Shown in pieces: positions 1-8,801 of a stretch of 64,000 nt of DNA (position 1 is the stretch's first letter; each line of letters begins with the position of its first letter). The DNA is from Rhizobium sp. Q54. Its GTDB lineage: Bacteria > Pseudomonadota > Alphaproteobacteria > SHVZ01. The notes under the pieces were generated by a model. It worked only from the letters and a program-made list of their open reading frames with translations. It ran no database searches and was not told the origin of the DNA. The position numbers were made by a program, and so were the translations under genes. The stretch lies in assembly GCA_945871425.1 (NCBI GenBank), contig CAMBVS010000014.1, positions 4,497 to 68,496 of the forward strand, read 5' to 3'.

Positions 1-549
1 GTGCTCCGCGGTATCTGGCTCTGCCGGAAGTCGGACCTGCAATGGTGGCTCTACGGCGTCCGTACCATCTTCACCGAGTTCTGGGACGACTTCGCCAACT
101 ACCTGCCGGAAGCCGAGCGCGGCGACATCCTAGAAAACTACTTCAAGCTTCTGGTTCATCCCGATCCCGCCGTGCACATGCCGGCGGCGGCCAACTGGAA
201 GACCTACGAATCCCGCATTGCCTCCCTGATCCCGAAGCCCGGCAGCGAAAAGCCGCAAAGCCCACGCACGCTGGCGATGTCGCGGATCGAGGCCCACTAC
301 ATGCGGAACAACGTGTTCCTGCCGGAAGGCGCGCTTCTGAACGCGGTACCGCGGTTCCGTCATGTCCCGGCCGCGATCATCCACGGGCGCTATGACGTGA
401 TCTGCCCGGCCGAGGGCGCCATCGCGCTCGCCCGCGCCTGGCCGGAGGCTACGTTGACCATGGTGCCCGATGCCGGCCACTCGGCGATGGAGCCCGGCAT
501 CCGGACGGCACTGGTGGCGGCGACCGACCGCTTCTGCGATCTCGATTGA
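1..549 (+). CDS. pip: Prolyl aminopeptidase (proline iminopeptidase), 5'-truncated by window
   Basis: VLRGIWLCR..W, 'RIEAHY', 'IIHGRYDVICP', 'VPDAGHSAMEPG' (catalytic Asp/His region of the S33 family). Confidence 0.9.
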   Translation: MLRGIWLCRKSDLQWWLYGVRTIFTEFWDDFANYLPEAERGDILENYFKLLVHPDPAVHMPAAANWKTYESRIASLIPKPGSEKPQSPRTLAMSRIEAHYMRNNVFLPEGALLNAVPRFRHVPAAIIHGRYDVICPAEGAIALARAWPEATLTMVPDAGHSAMEPGIRTALVAATDRFCDLD

Positions 550-563
550 ACGGAGACTAGCTC

Positions 564-2120
564 ATGCTCAGAAACTGGCTGGCAGTCGCCGCCGTACTCA
601 TTGCCGCGCCCGCCTCGGCCCAGGAGCTGAAGATCGGGCTCGGCGCCATGGCCCGCTCGATGGACCCGCACTTCTACAATTCGGGTCCCGACGTCGCCAA
701 CATGCTGCACGTCTACGACAAGCTGGTGCTCCAGGACGAAAAGCAGGGCCTGATCCCCGGCCTCGCCACCTCGTGGAAGGCGGTCGACGCGACCACCTGG
801 GAAGTGAAGCTGCGGGAGGGCGTCACCTTCCATGACGGCTCGCCCTTCACCGCCGAGGACGTCGTCTTCACCGTCAAGCGTGCGGTCGACGTGCCGAAGT
901 CGGGCTCGCCCTTCTCGCTCTACGTCAACACGATCAGGGAAGTGGTCATCAAGGGACCGCACCTGGTCCACCTGAAGACCGCCGAGGCCGCGCCGCTGCT
1001 GCCCTGGGACATTTCCACCTTCGCTATCATCTCGAAGAAGCACGGCGCGACCGCGGCGACCGAGGACTACAACTCCGGCAAGGCCGCCATCGGCACCGGC
1101 CCCTACAAGCTGGTCTCCTACTCGCCCAACGAGAAGATCGTCTTTCAGCGGAACGACGCCTATTGGGGCCCGAAAGAGCCCTGGGCCAAGGTGACCTTCT
1201 CGCTGATCGCCAACCAGGCGTCGCGGACCGCGGCGTTCCTGGCCGGCGACGTCGATGCCATCGACACGGTGGCGACCCAGGACATCGCGCGGCTGAAGAC
1301 CACCGCCGGCGTCGGCCTCTGGCCGTCGCTCTCCAACCGCGTCATCTACCTGATCCTGGACAGCCACCGCGACGTCGCCGAGCATGTCCGCGACAACGAC
1401 GGCAAGGCGATGACGGTCAACCCGCTGAAGGATGCGCGGGTCCGCCAGGCCCTCTCGCTCTCGATCAGCCGCGAGGCGCTGGTCGACCGGATCATGGAAG
1501 GCGAAGGGGTGCCGACGGGCCAACTCGTCCCGCCCGGCATGTTCGGCCATGATCCGTCCCTCAAGACACCGGCACAGAACCTGGATGCGGGGAAGAAACT
1601 GCTGGCCGACGCCGGCTATCCCAAGGGTTTCCAGCTGACACTGCACGGCTCCAACGGCCGCTACCTCAACGATGCCAAGATCACCCAGGCGATTGGGCAG
1701 ATGTTCGTCCGCGTCGGCATCGACACCAAGGTCGAGACGCTGCCGCGCGCCGTCTTCGGCACGCGTGGCAACGAGTTCGGCTTCTCGGTCGGGCTGTTCG
1801 GCTGGGGCACCGACACCGGCGAGGCCGCCTCGCCATTGAAGGCGCTGATCCAGACCCGCGACAAGGCCACCGGTGCCGGCGCCTCGAACCGCGGGCGCTA
1901 CTCCAACCCCAAGATCGACGCGGTGATCGTCGAGGCGCTCCGTACCATCGACGACAAGAAGCGCGAAGCCCTGCTACAGCAGGCGACCCGCATGGCGATG
2001 GAGGACGGCGCGATCATTCCGCTCTATTTCCAGGCCAACGCCTGGGCGACCCGCGGCCCGATCACCTGGACGCCGCGCACCGACGAATTCACCCTTGCCA
2101 TGTCTGCGAGGCCGAAATGA
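564..2120 (+). CDS. ABC transporter substrate-binding protein, family 5 (peptide/nickel)
   Basis: Signal peptide; 'KLREGVTFHDGSPFTAEDVVFT', 'IGTGPYKL'; SD GGAGA upstream. Confidence 0.92.
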   Translation: MLRNWLAVAAVLIAAPASAQELKIGLGAMARSMDPHFYNSGPDVANMLHVYDKLVLQDEKQGLIPGLATSWKAVDATTWEVKLREGVTFHDGSPFTAEDVVFTVKRAVDVPKSGSPFSLYVNTIREVVIKGPHLVHLKTAEAAPLLPWDISTFAIISKKHGATAATEDYNSGKAAIGTGPYKLVSYSPNEKIVFQRNDAYWGPKEPWAKVTFSLIANQASRTAAFLAGDVDAIDTVATQDIARLKTTAGVGLWPSLSNRVIYLILDSHRDVAEHVRDNDGKAMTVNPLKDARVRQALSLSISREALVDRIMEGEGVPTGQLVPPGMFGHDPSLKTPAQNLDAGKKLLADAGYPKGFQLTLHGSNGRYLNDAKITQAIGQMFVRVGIDTKVETLPRAVFGTRGNEFGFSVGLFGWGTDTGEAASPLKALIQTRDKATGAGASNRGRYSNPKIDAVIVEALRTIDDKKREALLQQATRMAMEDGAIIPLYFQANAWATRGPITWTPRTDEFTLAMSARPK

Positions 2121-3310
2121 CCGACGACGCAGCCGCCCGCCCGTTGACGATCGCCGAGGCCCGCGCCCAGTTTCCGGGGGCGGAGCGCTGGGTTTATGCC
2201 AACGTCGCTTCCAAGGGCATCATCTCGAAGGCGAGCCGGGCCGCGATCGACGAGGTCGCCGATGCCCAGATGACGGGCGAGGAGATCAAGGAGGAGTATG
2301 CGAATACGCTCGCGCGCGTACGCTCCGGCTTCGCCAAGCTGATCGGCGCCAGGCCGCACGAGGTCGCCGTCACCAAGAACGTGTCGGAAGGCCTGAATGC
2401 TATCGGCTCGGCGATGGACTGGAAGCCGGGCGACAACGTCGTCATCTGCACCGAGCTCGAGCACCCGAACAACGTCTATCTCTGGATGAACCTCGCCGAT
2501 CGCGGCGTCGAGGTTCGGGGCGTCAAGTCCAAGGACGGCATGATCGACGCGACGACCGTCGCCGAGGCCGTGGATGCGCGCACGCGCATCGTCTCGGTCT
2601 CGACCGTCACCTTCACGCCGGGCTACCGCACCGATGTCGCCGCCATAGCCAAGGCGACGAAGAAGGTCGGCGCGCTGATGCTGGTCGATGCCGTCCAGTC
2701 AGCCGGCGTGCTCTCGATCGACGTCGAGGCGATGGGCATCGATGCGCTCGCGACCTCGACCAGCAAGGGCCTGCTCGGCGTCATGGGCCTCGGCATGCTC
2801 TATGTCAGCGACCGCTGGGTCGAGCGCCTCAAGCCGGCCTGGGTCGCGCGCTTCAGCGTCGTCACCGGCAAGCACGAGTCCGACCTCGGCGACGGCGTGC
2901 TGCGCCTCCAGCCCGACGCGCGCCGCTTCGAGATCGGCAACTACAACTGGATCGGCATCGCCGCCCTCGACGCCTCCCTCGACCTGATCCTCGGCATCGG
3001 CCCGGAGAAGATCGAGCGCCACGCCGTCGGCCTCGCCAAGCGGCTCGCCGGCGGGCTCGAGCAGTTGGGATACCCGGTCTGCCGGCCGCCGGCGGAATGG
3101 GCCCGCAGCCACATCGTCACCATCGGCACGCTCGGCGCCGGCGACGCCTACACCTCTGACGACGCACGCCTCAACCGCTTTTCGGCGGCGCTCAAGGAGG
3201 CGAACGTCAAGTTCACCGTCCGCCGCGGCCTCGTCCGCTTCGGCCTGCATCTCTACAACAACGAGGCCGACGTCGACAAAATCCTGGAAGTTGCCCGCGC
3301 CAGCGCGTGA
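2117..3310 (+). CDS. Aminotransferase class V-fold PLP-dependent enzyme
   Basis: 'LEHPNN', 'VDAVQSAG', PLP Lys in 'STSKGLLG', 'RRFEIGN'; ATGA overlap with upstream gene. Confidence 0.88.
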   Translation: MTDDAAARPLTIAEARAQFPGAERWVYANVASKGIISKASRAAIDEVADAQMTGEEIKEEYANTLARVRSGFAKLIGARPHEVAVTKNVSEGLNAIGSAMDWKPGDNVVICTELEHPNNVYLWMNLADRGVEVRGVKSKDGMIDATTVAEAVDARTRIVSVSTVTFTPGYRTDVAAIAKATKKVGALMLVDAVQSAGVLSIDVEAMGIDALATSTSKGLLGVMGLGMLYVSDRWVERLKPAWVARFSVVTGKHESDLGDGVLRLQPDARRFEIGNYNWIGIAALDASLDLILGIGPEKIERHAVGLAKRLAGGLEQLGYPVCRPPAEWARSHIVTIGTLGAGDAYTSDDARLNRFSAALKEANVKFTVRRGLVRFGLHLYNNEADVDKILEVARASA

Positions 3311-3311
3311 G

Positions 3312-3412
3312 CCACCCCACCCTAACCCTCCCTATCAAGGGGGAGGGAGTAAGATCTCGTCCGCTCCTCGTGCCCCCCTCCCCCCTTCGTCGGGGAGAGG
3401 TGGGGTGGGGGG
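3312..3412. repeat. Pair of inverted REP-like palindromic elements
   Basis: CCCCACCCTAACCCTCCC-TATCAA-GGGGGAGGG and a reverse-oriented copy CCCTCCCCC-TTCGTC-GGGGAGAGGTGGGGTGGGGGG in the intergenic gap. Confidence 0.7.
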
Positions 3413-3428
3413 CATCTTCGGAGCCTCG

Positions 3429-4547
3429 ATGAACGACCTCTCCGGCCTTCTCATCGTCACCCTCGAACAGGCGGTGGCGGCGCCCTATTGCTCGGGCCGG
3501 CTCGCCGATGCCGGCGCCCGCGTCATCAAGATCGAGCGCGCCGAGGGCGACTTCGCCCGGCGCTACGACAAGGCGGTGAAAGGCGAGTCGGCCTATTTCG
3601 TCTGGCTCAACCGGGGAAAGGAGTCGCTCACCCTCGACATCAAGGACGACGCCGACAAGGCGCTGCTCGCCCGCATCCTCGCCAAGGCCGACGTGCTGAT
3701 CCAGAACTTGGCGCCGGGCGCGGCCGAGCGTGCCGGTTTCGGGTCCGAGGAATGGCGGAAGCGCAACCCGCGCCTGATCACCTGCGACATCTCCGGCTAC
3801 GGCGAGGAGGGTCCCTACGCCGACATGAAGGCCTATGACCTGCTGGTCCAGGCCGAGACCGGGCTCTGCTCGATCAATGGCGGCCCCGAAGCGCCCGCCC
3901 GTGTGGGGGTGAGCGTCTGCGACATCGCCGCCGGAATGGCGGCGCATGCGGCGATCCTGCAAGCGCTCTATGCGCGGGAACGCTCGGGCGAGGGCCGCGG
4001 CATCAAGACCTCGCTCTTCGCCGGCATGGCCGACTGGATGACGGTGCCCTATCTGCACCTAGTCTATGGCGGCAAAGCGCCGGAGCGGAGCGGCCTCGAC
4101 CATCCATCGATCGCCCCCTACGGCCCCTACCGCTGCGCCGACGGCGCCGTGCTGGTCTCAATCCAGAACGAGCGCGAATGGAGGAGCCTCTGCGAGGGTG
4201 TGCTGCAGGCGCCGGGCCTCGCCACCGAAGCCGCCTTCGCCGACAACCTGATCCGCGTCGCCAATCGCGACGCGCTCAAGCTTAGGATGGAAGCGATCCT
4301 GACAAGGCTGCCGCGGGTCGAGGTCGAGCGTCGGCTGAAGCAGGCCCAGGTCGCCTATGGCGGCCTCAACACCGTCGCGGACTTCGCCAGGCATCCGCAG
4401 CTCCGCACGGTTCCGGTCGAGACGCCGGCCGGTGCCATCGACCTGATCGCGCCACCGGTCGCGATCACCGGCGACACGCTCGCGCTCGGCCCGGTGCCGG
4501 CCGCCGGCCAGCACACCGATGCGATCCGGCGGGAATTCGCCGCTTGA
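3429..4547 (+). CDS. CaiB/BaiF family III CoA-transferase
   Basis: 'EQAVAAPYC..LADAGARVIKIE', 'LNRGKES', 'ISGYG..GPY..MKAYD'; start reassigned to ATG 3429 (SD GGAG), after the REP pair. Confidence 0.92.
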   Translation: MNDLSGLLIVTLEQAVAAPYCSGRLADAGARVIKIERAEGDFARRYDKAVKGESAYFVWLNRGKESLTLDIKDDADKALLARILAKADVLIQNLAPGAAERAGFGSEEWRKRNPRLITCDISGYGEEGPYADMKAYDLLVQAETGLCSINGGPEAPARVGVSVCDIAAGMAAHAAILQALYARERSGEGRGIKTSLFAGMADWMTVPYLHLVYGGKAPERSGLDHPSIAPYGPYRCADGAVLVSIQNEREWRSLCEGVLQAPGLATEAAFADNLIRVANRDALKLRMEAILTRLPRVEVERRLKQAQVAYGGLNTVADFARHPQLRTVPVETPAGAIDLIAPPVAITGDTLALGPVPAAGQHTDAIRREFAA

Positions 4548-5905
4548 GGTCACGCCGGCCGGCCAACATCGTCGTGCCGATGATCGTCGCCTGCGCCAAC
4601 TTCATGCAGAACCTGGATTCGACGGTGATCGCGACGGCGCTGCCGGCGATCGGCCAGTCGCTGGGCGAGGATCCGCTCCGCCTCAACCTCGCCATCACCT
4701 CCTATCTGCTCAGCCTCGCCATCTTCGGCTTCATCGTCGGATCGATCGGCTGCAGCTTCGCCAACTCGCTGAGCGAGCTTGTCATCGCCCGCATCGTCCA
4801 GGGCATGGGCGGGGCGATGATGGTGCCGGTCGGACGCCTTGTCCTGCTCCGCAGCGTGCCGAAGTCCGAGCTGGTCAGCGCCATGGCCTACCTCACCATC
4901 CCGGCGCTGATCGGCCCGGTGATCGGGCCGCCGCTGGGCGGCCTCATCGTCACCTTCTTCTCCTGGCACTGGATCTTCTTCATCAACGTGCCGATCGGGA
5001 TTCTGGGCATCGTGCTGGTGACGCTCTACATCCCCGAGGTGCGGGAGCCCCATCCGGGGCGGCTCGACTTCCCCGGTTTCGTGCTGGCCGCGCTCGGCCT
5101 CGCTGGACTGGTTTTCGGCTTCGAAACGGTGGGACGGGGCGCAGTGCCGGACTGGGTCACCTTCGCCCTTCTCGCCGCCGGAACGCTGGCCGTCCTCGCA
5201 TATCTGGCGCATGCGCGCCGGGTCGACTCTCCGATTGTCGATCTCGGCCTCTTCGCGCTTCCCACATACCGGGCGGCCGTGGTCGGCGGGTTCCTCTTCC
5301 GGGTCGGCATCGGCGGGCTGCCGTTCCTGCTGCCGATGCTGCTGCAGGTGGGCTTCGGGCTCTCTGCTCTCTCCTCCGGCTTGATCACCTTCGCCAGCGC
5401 CGCCGGCGCGCTTACGATGAAGTTCACCGCCGGGCCGATCATCCGGGCGCTGGGATTCCGCCGGGTGCTGCTCTGGAACGTCGGCCTTTCCAGCCTCTTC
5501 CTGTTCGCCTACGGCTTCTTCGAGCCGACGACCTCGCATCTCGTCATCTTCCTGGCCCTGCTCGCCGGCGGCTTCTTCCGCTCGCTGCAGTTCACCGCGA
5601 CCGCGACCTTGACCTTCGCCGACGTGCCGCCGAAGCGGATGAGCCGCGCCACCAGCCTGTCGGCGATGATGCAGCAACTTTCGCTCAGCCTCGGCGTCGC
5701 CATCGGCGCGCTCATCCTTCACCTCTCCGTCGTCTTCCGCGACGGCGCCCAGCTCTTGGCCCAGGACTTCCTGCCGGCCTTCATCGGCGTCGGCCTGATC
5801 TCGCTGACTTCAGTCTTCCTATTCCTGCCGCTGGCGCCCGATGCCGGCGCCGAGGTCAGCGGCCATGACGGTGCCCGCAACCGGCGCACACAGACGGCGG
5901 ATTAG
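4544..5905 (+). CDS. DHA2 (EmrB/QacA, HsrA-like) MFS efflux transporter with an apparent in-frame internal deletion
   Basis: 'MQNLDSTVIATALP', 'ARIVQGMGGAMMVP', 'WHWIFFINVPIG'; the motif-A loop (GWxADRFG) expected between TM2 and TM3 is absent. Confidence 0.85.
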   Translation: MRSRRPANIVVPMIVACANFMQNLDSTVIATALPAIGQSLGEDPLRLNLAITSYLLSLAIFGFIVGSIGCSFANSLSELVIARIVQGMGGAMMVPVGRLVLLRSVPKSELVSAMAYLTIPALIGPVIGPPLGGLIVTFFSWHWIFFINVPIGILGIVLVTLYIPEVREPHPGRLDFPGFVLAALGLAGLVFGFETVGRGAVPDWVTFALLAAGTLAVLAYLAHARRVDSPIVDLGLFALPTYRAAVVGGFLFRVGIGGLPFLLPMLLQVGFGLSALSSGLITFASAAGALTMKFTAGPIIRALGFRRVLLWNVGLSSLFLFAYGFFEPTTSHLVIFLALLAGGFFRSLQFTATATLTFADVPPKRMSRATSLSAMMQQLSLSLGVAIGALILHLSVVFRDGAQLLAQDFLPAFIGVGLISLTSVFLFLPLAPDAGAEVSGHDGARNRRTQTAD

Positions 5906-5927
5906 TACCGGCTGAGTCCAGATCCTA

Positions 5928-5956
5928 TTGCCACGCGCCGGGCGTCGGCGCAGACT
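5928..5956 (+). promoter_or_regulatory. Putative sigma70 promoter
   Basis: TTGCCA-N17-CAGACT upstream of ATG 5993. Confidence 0.4.
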
Positions 5957-5992
5957 TTCCGATGGGAAAAGAATTAATCGGGGAGTGATCAA

Positions 5993-7576
5993 ATGTCAGG
6001 AAGACTCGTCGCCTATCTCCTGGGCGCGGTAGCGGCGGCGGCGCTGGTCGCCCCCCCACCCGCATTGGCCCAGAAGGTACTGAAAGTCGTGCCGCAGGCG
6101 GATGTCCGCGTGCTCGACCCCTTCGTCAACAACTCGGGCATCACCACCGAGTTCGCCTACATGGTCTATGACACGCTGCTCGCCGTCGACAAGGACGAGC
6201 GCCCGCAGCCGCAGATGGCCGAGAGCTTCCAGATGTCGGCCGACGGCCTCACCTATACCTTCAAGCTCCGACCGGGGCAGAAGTTCTCGGACGGCTCGCC
6301 GGTGCGTGCCGCCGATGTCGCCGCCTCGCTCAAGCGTTGGGCGGGCCGCGACATCGCCGGCAAGCGAATGGTCGAGCTCGGCGCGACCTTCGAGGCCGCC
6401 GACGACTCGACCATGCTCTTGAGGCTGAAGGAGCCATTCGGCCTCACGCTCGACACGCTGTCCAAGACCGTGTCGATGCCGACCTTCGTCATGCGCGAGA
6501 AAGAGGCGAATGTCGACGTCAACACCGCGGTAACCGACATCATCGGCTCGGGTCCCTACCTGTTCAAGAAGGACGAGTGGGTGCCCGGCAGCAAGGTCGT
6601 GTTCACCAAGAGCCCGACCGCCGTGCCGCGCAGCGACGCGCCGAACTTCTACGCCGGCGCCAAGCTTGCCAAGATCGAGCGCGTCGAATGGATCATCATT
6701 CCCGACACGGCCACCGCGAGCGCCGCGCTAACCCAGGGCGAGGTCGACTTCTGGGAATCGCCGCCGGGCGACCTGATCCCGATCCTGAAGCGCAACAAGG
6801 ACATCAACATCGCAGTCCACAATCCGTCCGGCTTCATGGCCTATCTCCGGCCGAACTTCCTGCATCCGCCCTTCGACAACCCGAAGGCGCGGCAGGCGCT
6901 GCTCTATGCGGTGAACCAGCCGGACTACATGGCGTCGGCCATCGGCGGCGATCCCACCCTCTACAAGCAGTGCAACGCCTGGCTCGTCTGCGGCACGAAA
7001 TACGCGAGCGAGGCCGGCACCGAGGACTTCAGGAAGCCCAATCTCGACAAGGCCAAGGCACTGCTGAAGGAAGCCGGCTACACCAACCAGAAGGTCGTGA
7101 TCCTGCAGCCGTCCGACTTCAAGGTGATCCGCGACCTGACCGAGGTCACGATCCAGCGGCTTCGTGAGATCGGCATGAACATCGAGATCGAGTCGATCGA
7201 CTGGGGCCAGCTGATCCTACGCCGCGGCAAGAAGGAGCCGATCGGCCAGGGCGGCTGGAGCATGTACCACACCTACTCGACCGGCTATGAGCTCGGGCCG
7301 CCGAACGCCAACTTCAATATCTCCGGCGCCTGCGAGCAGAAGAGCTGGTTCGGCTGGCCCTGCGATCCGGAGACCGAGCGGCTGCGCGACTCCTTCGCCA
7401 AGGAAGGCGATCTCGCCAAGCGCAAGGCGATCGCCGAGGCCCTGCAGAAGCGCGCCGTCGAGTTCGTGCACTACGTGCCACTCGGCCAGTTCTTCTCGCC
7501 GGTCGCCTACCGCACCAACCTCAAGGGCGTGATGCAGGTGCCGTGGGCGGTCTACTGGAACATCGAGAAGAACTGA
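5993..7576 (+). CDS. ABC transporter substrate-binding protein, family 5
   Basis: Signal peptide; 'YTFKLRPGQKFSDGSPV', 'IGSGPY', 'PPFDNPKARQA', 'WFGWPCD'. Confidence 0.92.
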   Translation: MSGRLVAYLLGAVAAAALVAPPPALAQKVLKVVPQADVRVLDPFVNNSGITTEFAYMVYDTLLAVDKDERPQPQMAESFQMSADGLTYTFKLRPGQKFSDGSPVRAADVAASLKRWAGRDIAGKRMVELGATFEAADDSTMLLRLKEPFGLTLDTLSKTVSMPTFVMREKEANVDVNTAVTDIIGSGPYLFKKDEWVPGSKVVFTKSPTAVPRSDAPNFYAGAKLAKIERVEWIIIPDTATASAALTQGEVDFWESPPGDLIPILKRNKDINIAVHNPSGFMAYLRPNFLHPPFDNPKARQALLYAVNQPDYMASAIGGDPTLYKQCNAWLVCGTKYASEAGTEDFRKPNLDKAKALLKEAGYTNQKVVILQPSDFKVIRDLTEVTIQRLREIGMNIEIESIDWGQLILRRGKKEPIGQGGWSMYHTYSTGYELGPPNANFNISGACEQKSWFGWPCDPETERLRDSFAKEGDLAKRKAIAEALQKRAVEFVHYVPLGQFFSPVAYRTNLKGVMQVPWAVYWNIEKN

Positions 7577-7603
7577 GACTCAGCCTTATCGCCTAAGTCG
7601 AAG

Positions 7604-7632
7604 GATCGAGCGGGCCAAAAGCCCGCTCGATC
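7604..7632. terminator. Intrinsic (probably bidirectional) terminator hairpin
   Basis: Perfect 12-bp stem GATCGAGCGGGC-CAAAA-GCCCGCTCGATC between convergent genes. Confidence 0.7.
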
Positions 7633-7661
7633 TGCTTTGGCGTCTCCCGTTGACGGCGCCG

Positions 7662-8705
7662 TCATCGGACTCCCAGCGCCGTCCCGAAGAACTGGAGCGC
7701 CGCGGCCGCGATCTCGCCATGCAGGGCGCGGCGATCGACGCCGGCCTCGTCGATGCAGCCGCCGGGAAACTCGTCCTTGCCTTCCTGGTCGCATTCGTTG
7801 GTGAAGATCTCGTGACCCACCGGCCCGGGGATGACCCATAGCCTCGCGCCGGGAATGTGCTCCGCCGCGAATACGGCGTTTTCCTTGGGCGGTGTCTGCG
7901 TGTCGCCGGCGCCGACGGTCAGGAACGCCGGCACGGCGAGCTGACGCAGACCCTCGGGGCTCATGCCGAACGCCTGGACGATGCCCGGCGCCATGGCGAA
8001 AACGCCCTTCACGCGCCCGTCCCTGACCTCCAGCGCCGGCGCCGCGTCGAGCGGCAGGCCGCGACGGATGTGCTCGGGGATCCGTGGATTGTTGATGAAC
8101 AGCCGCTGGAAGGCGAGGAACTTGTCGGCGTCGACGCGCGCTCCGCCGATCCACAGCGAGGTGAAGCCGCCCTGTGAATGACCGGCGACGCCGATCCGGT
8201 CGGCGTCGATATGCGCGCGCCACAGCGGATCGTCGAGCAGGAAGGTGATGGCGATCGAGAGATCGACGGGCCGCTGCCAGATCCTGTTGGCGAGATAACC
8301 GATGTCTCGGTCATAGGTGTTGGCGCGATAATGGTTCATGGCGGCGACGACATAGCCCTTGGCGGCGAGCGCCTGGGCGAACCAGGCATATTGCCAGGCA
8401 TCGCTGCCGCGCCCATGCGACAGCATGATCAGCGGCCGCTTCCCGGCATCCGGCGCGACCGGCGCGGCAGGATAGACCGTGACGTTGGTCACATAGGGAA
8501 ATGGAAATGTCGGCGTGCCCGCGGCGGGCGGCGCGGCCGGGTAGAACACGGCCATCCAGAGCGGCCGCTGGTCTTTCGGATCGACGAATTCAATCTGCCG
8601 CAGGCCGACGGCCCAGTCCGTCGCGCTTGCCTGCATCGGGGCGAACGCCAGGCTGAGCGACACCGCCGCAGCCGCCAGCAGAACCCGCCTTGCCATTGGG
8701 GACAT
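7662..8705 (-). CDS. Exported alpha/beta hydrolase (predicted dienelactone hydrolase type)
   Basis: Signal peptide, 'LSHGRG', nucleophile elbow 'GHSQGG'; start ATG 8705 with SD GGAGGGGAG. Confidence 0.85.
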   Translation of the reverse strand: MSPMARRVLLAAAAVSLSLAFAPMQASATDWAVGLRQIEFVDPKDQRPLWMAVFYPAAPPAAGTPTFPFPYVTNVTVYPAAPVAPDAGKRPLIMLSHGRGSDAWQYAWFAQALAAKGYVVAAMNHYRANTYDRDIGYLANRIWQRPVDLSIAITFLLDDPLWRAHIDADRIGVAGHSQGGFTSLWIGGARVDADKFLAFQRLFINNPRIPEHIRRGLPLDAAPALEVRDGRVKGVFAMAPGIVQAFGMSPEGLRQLAVPAFLTVGAGDTQTPPKENAVFAAEHIPGARLWVIPGPVGHEIFTNECDQEGKDEFPGGCIDEAGVDRRALHGEIAAAALQFFGTALGVR

Positions 8706-8761
8706 CTCCCCTCCGTCATCGTAGCAGCGAAACCTCGCCCATCGAACGCCGCCTGGCAACT

Positions 8762-8793
8762 CCCCCAATCCTTGCCCTCCCCGTGAAGGGAGG
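8762..8793. repeat. Degenerate single REP-like element
   Basis: CCCCCAATCCTTGCCCTCCCCGTGAAGGGAGG resembles the copy at 3315-3348. Confidence 0.45.
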
Positions 8794-8801
8794 TTACGAA
8801 A

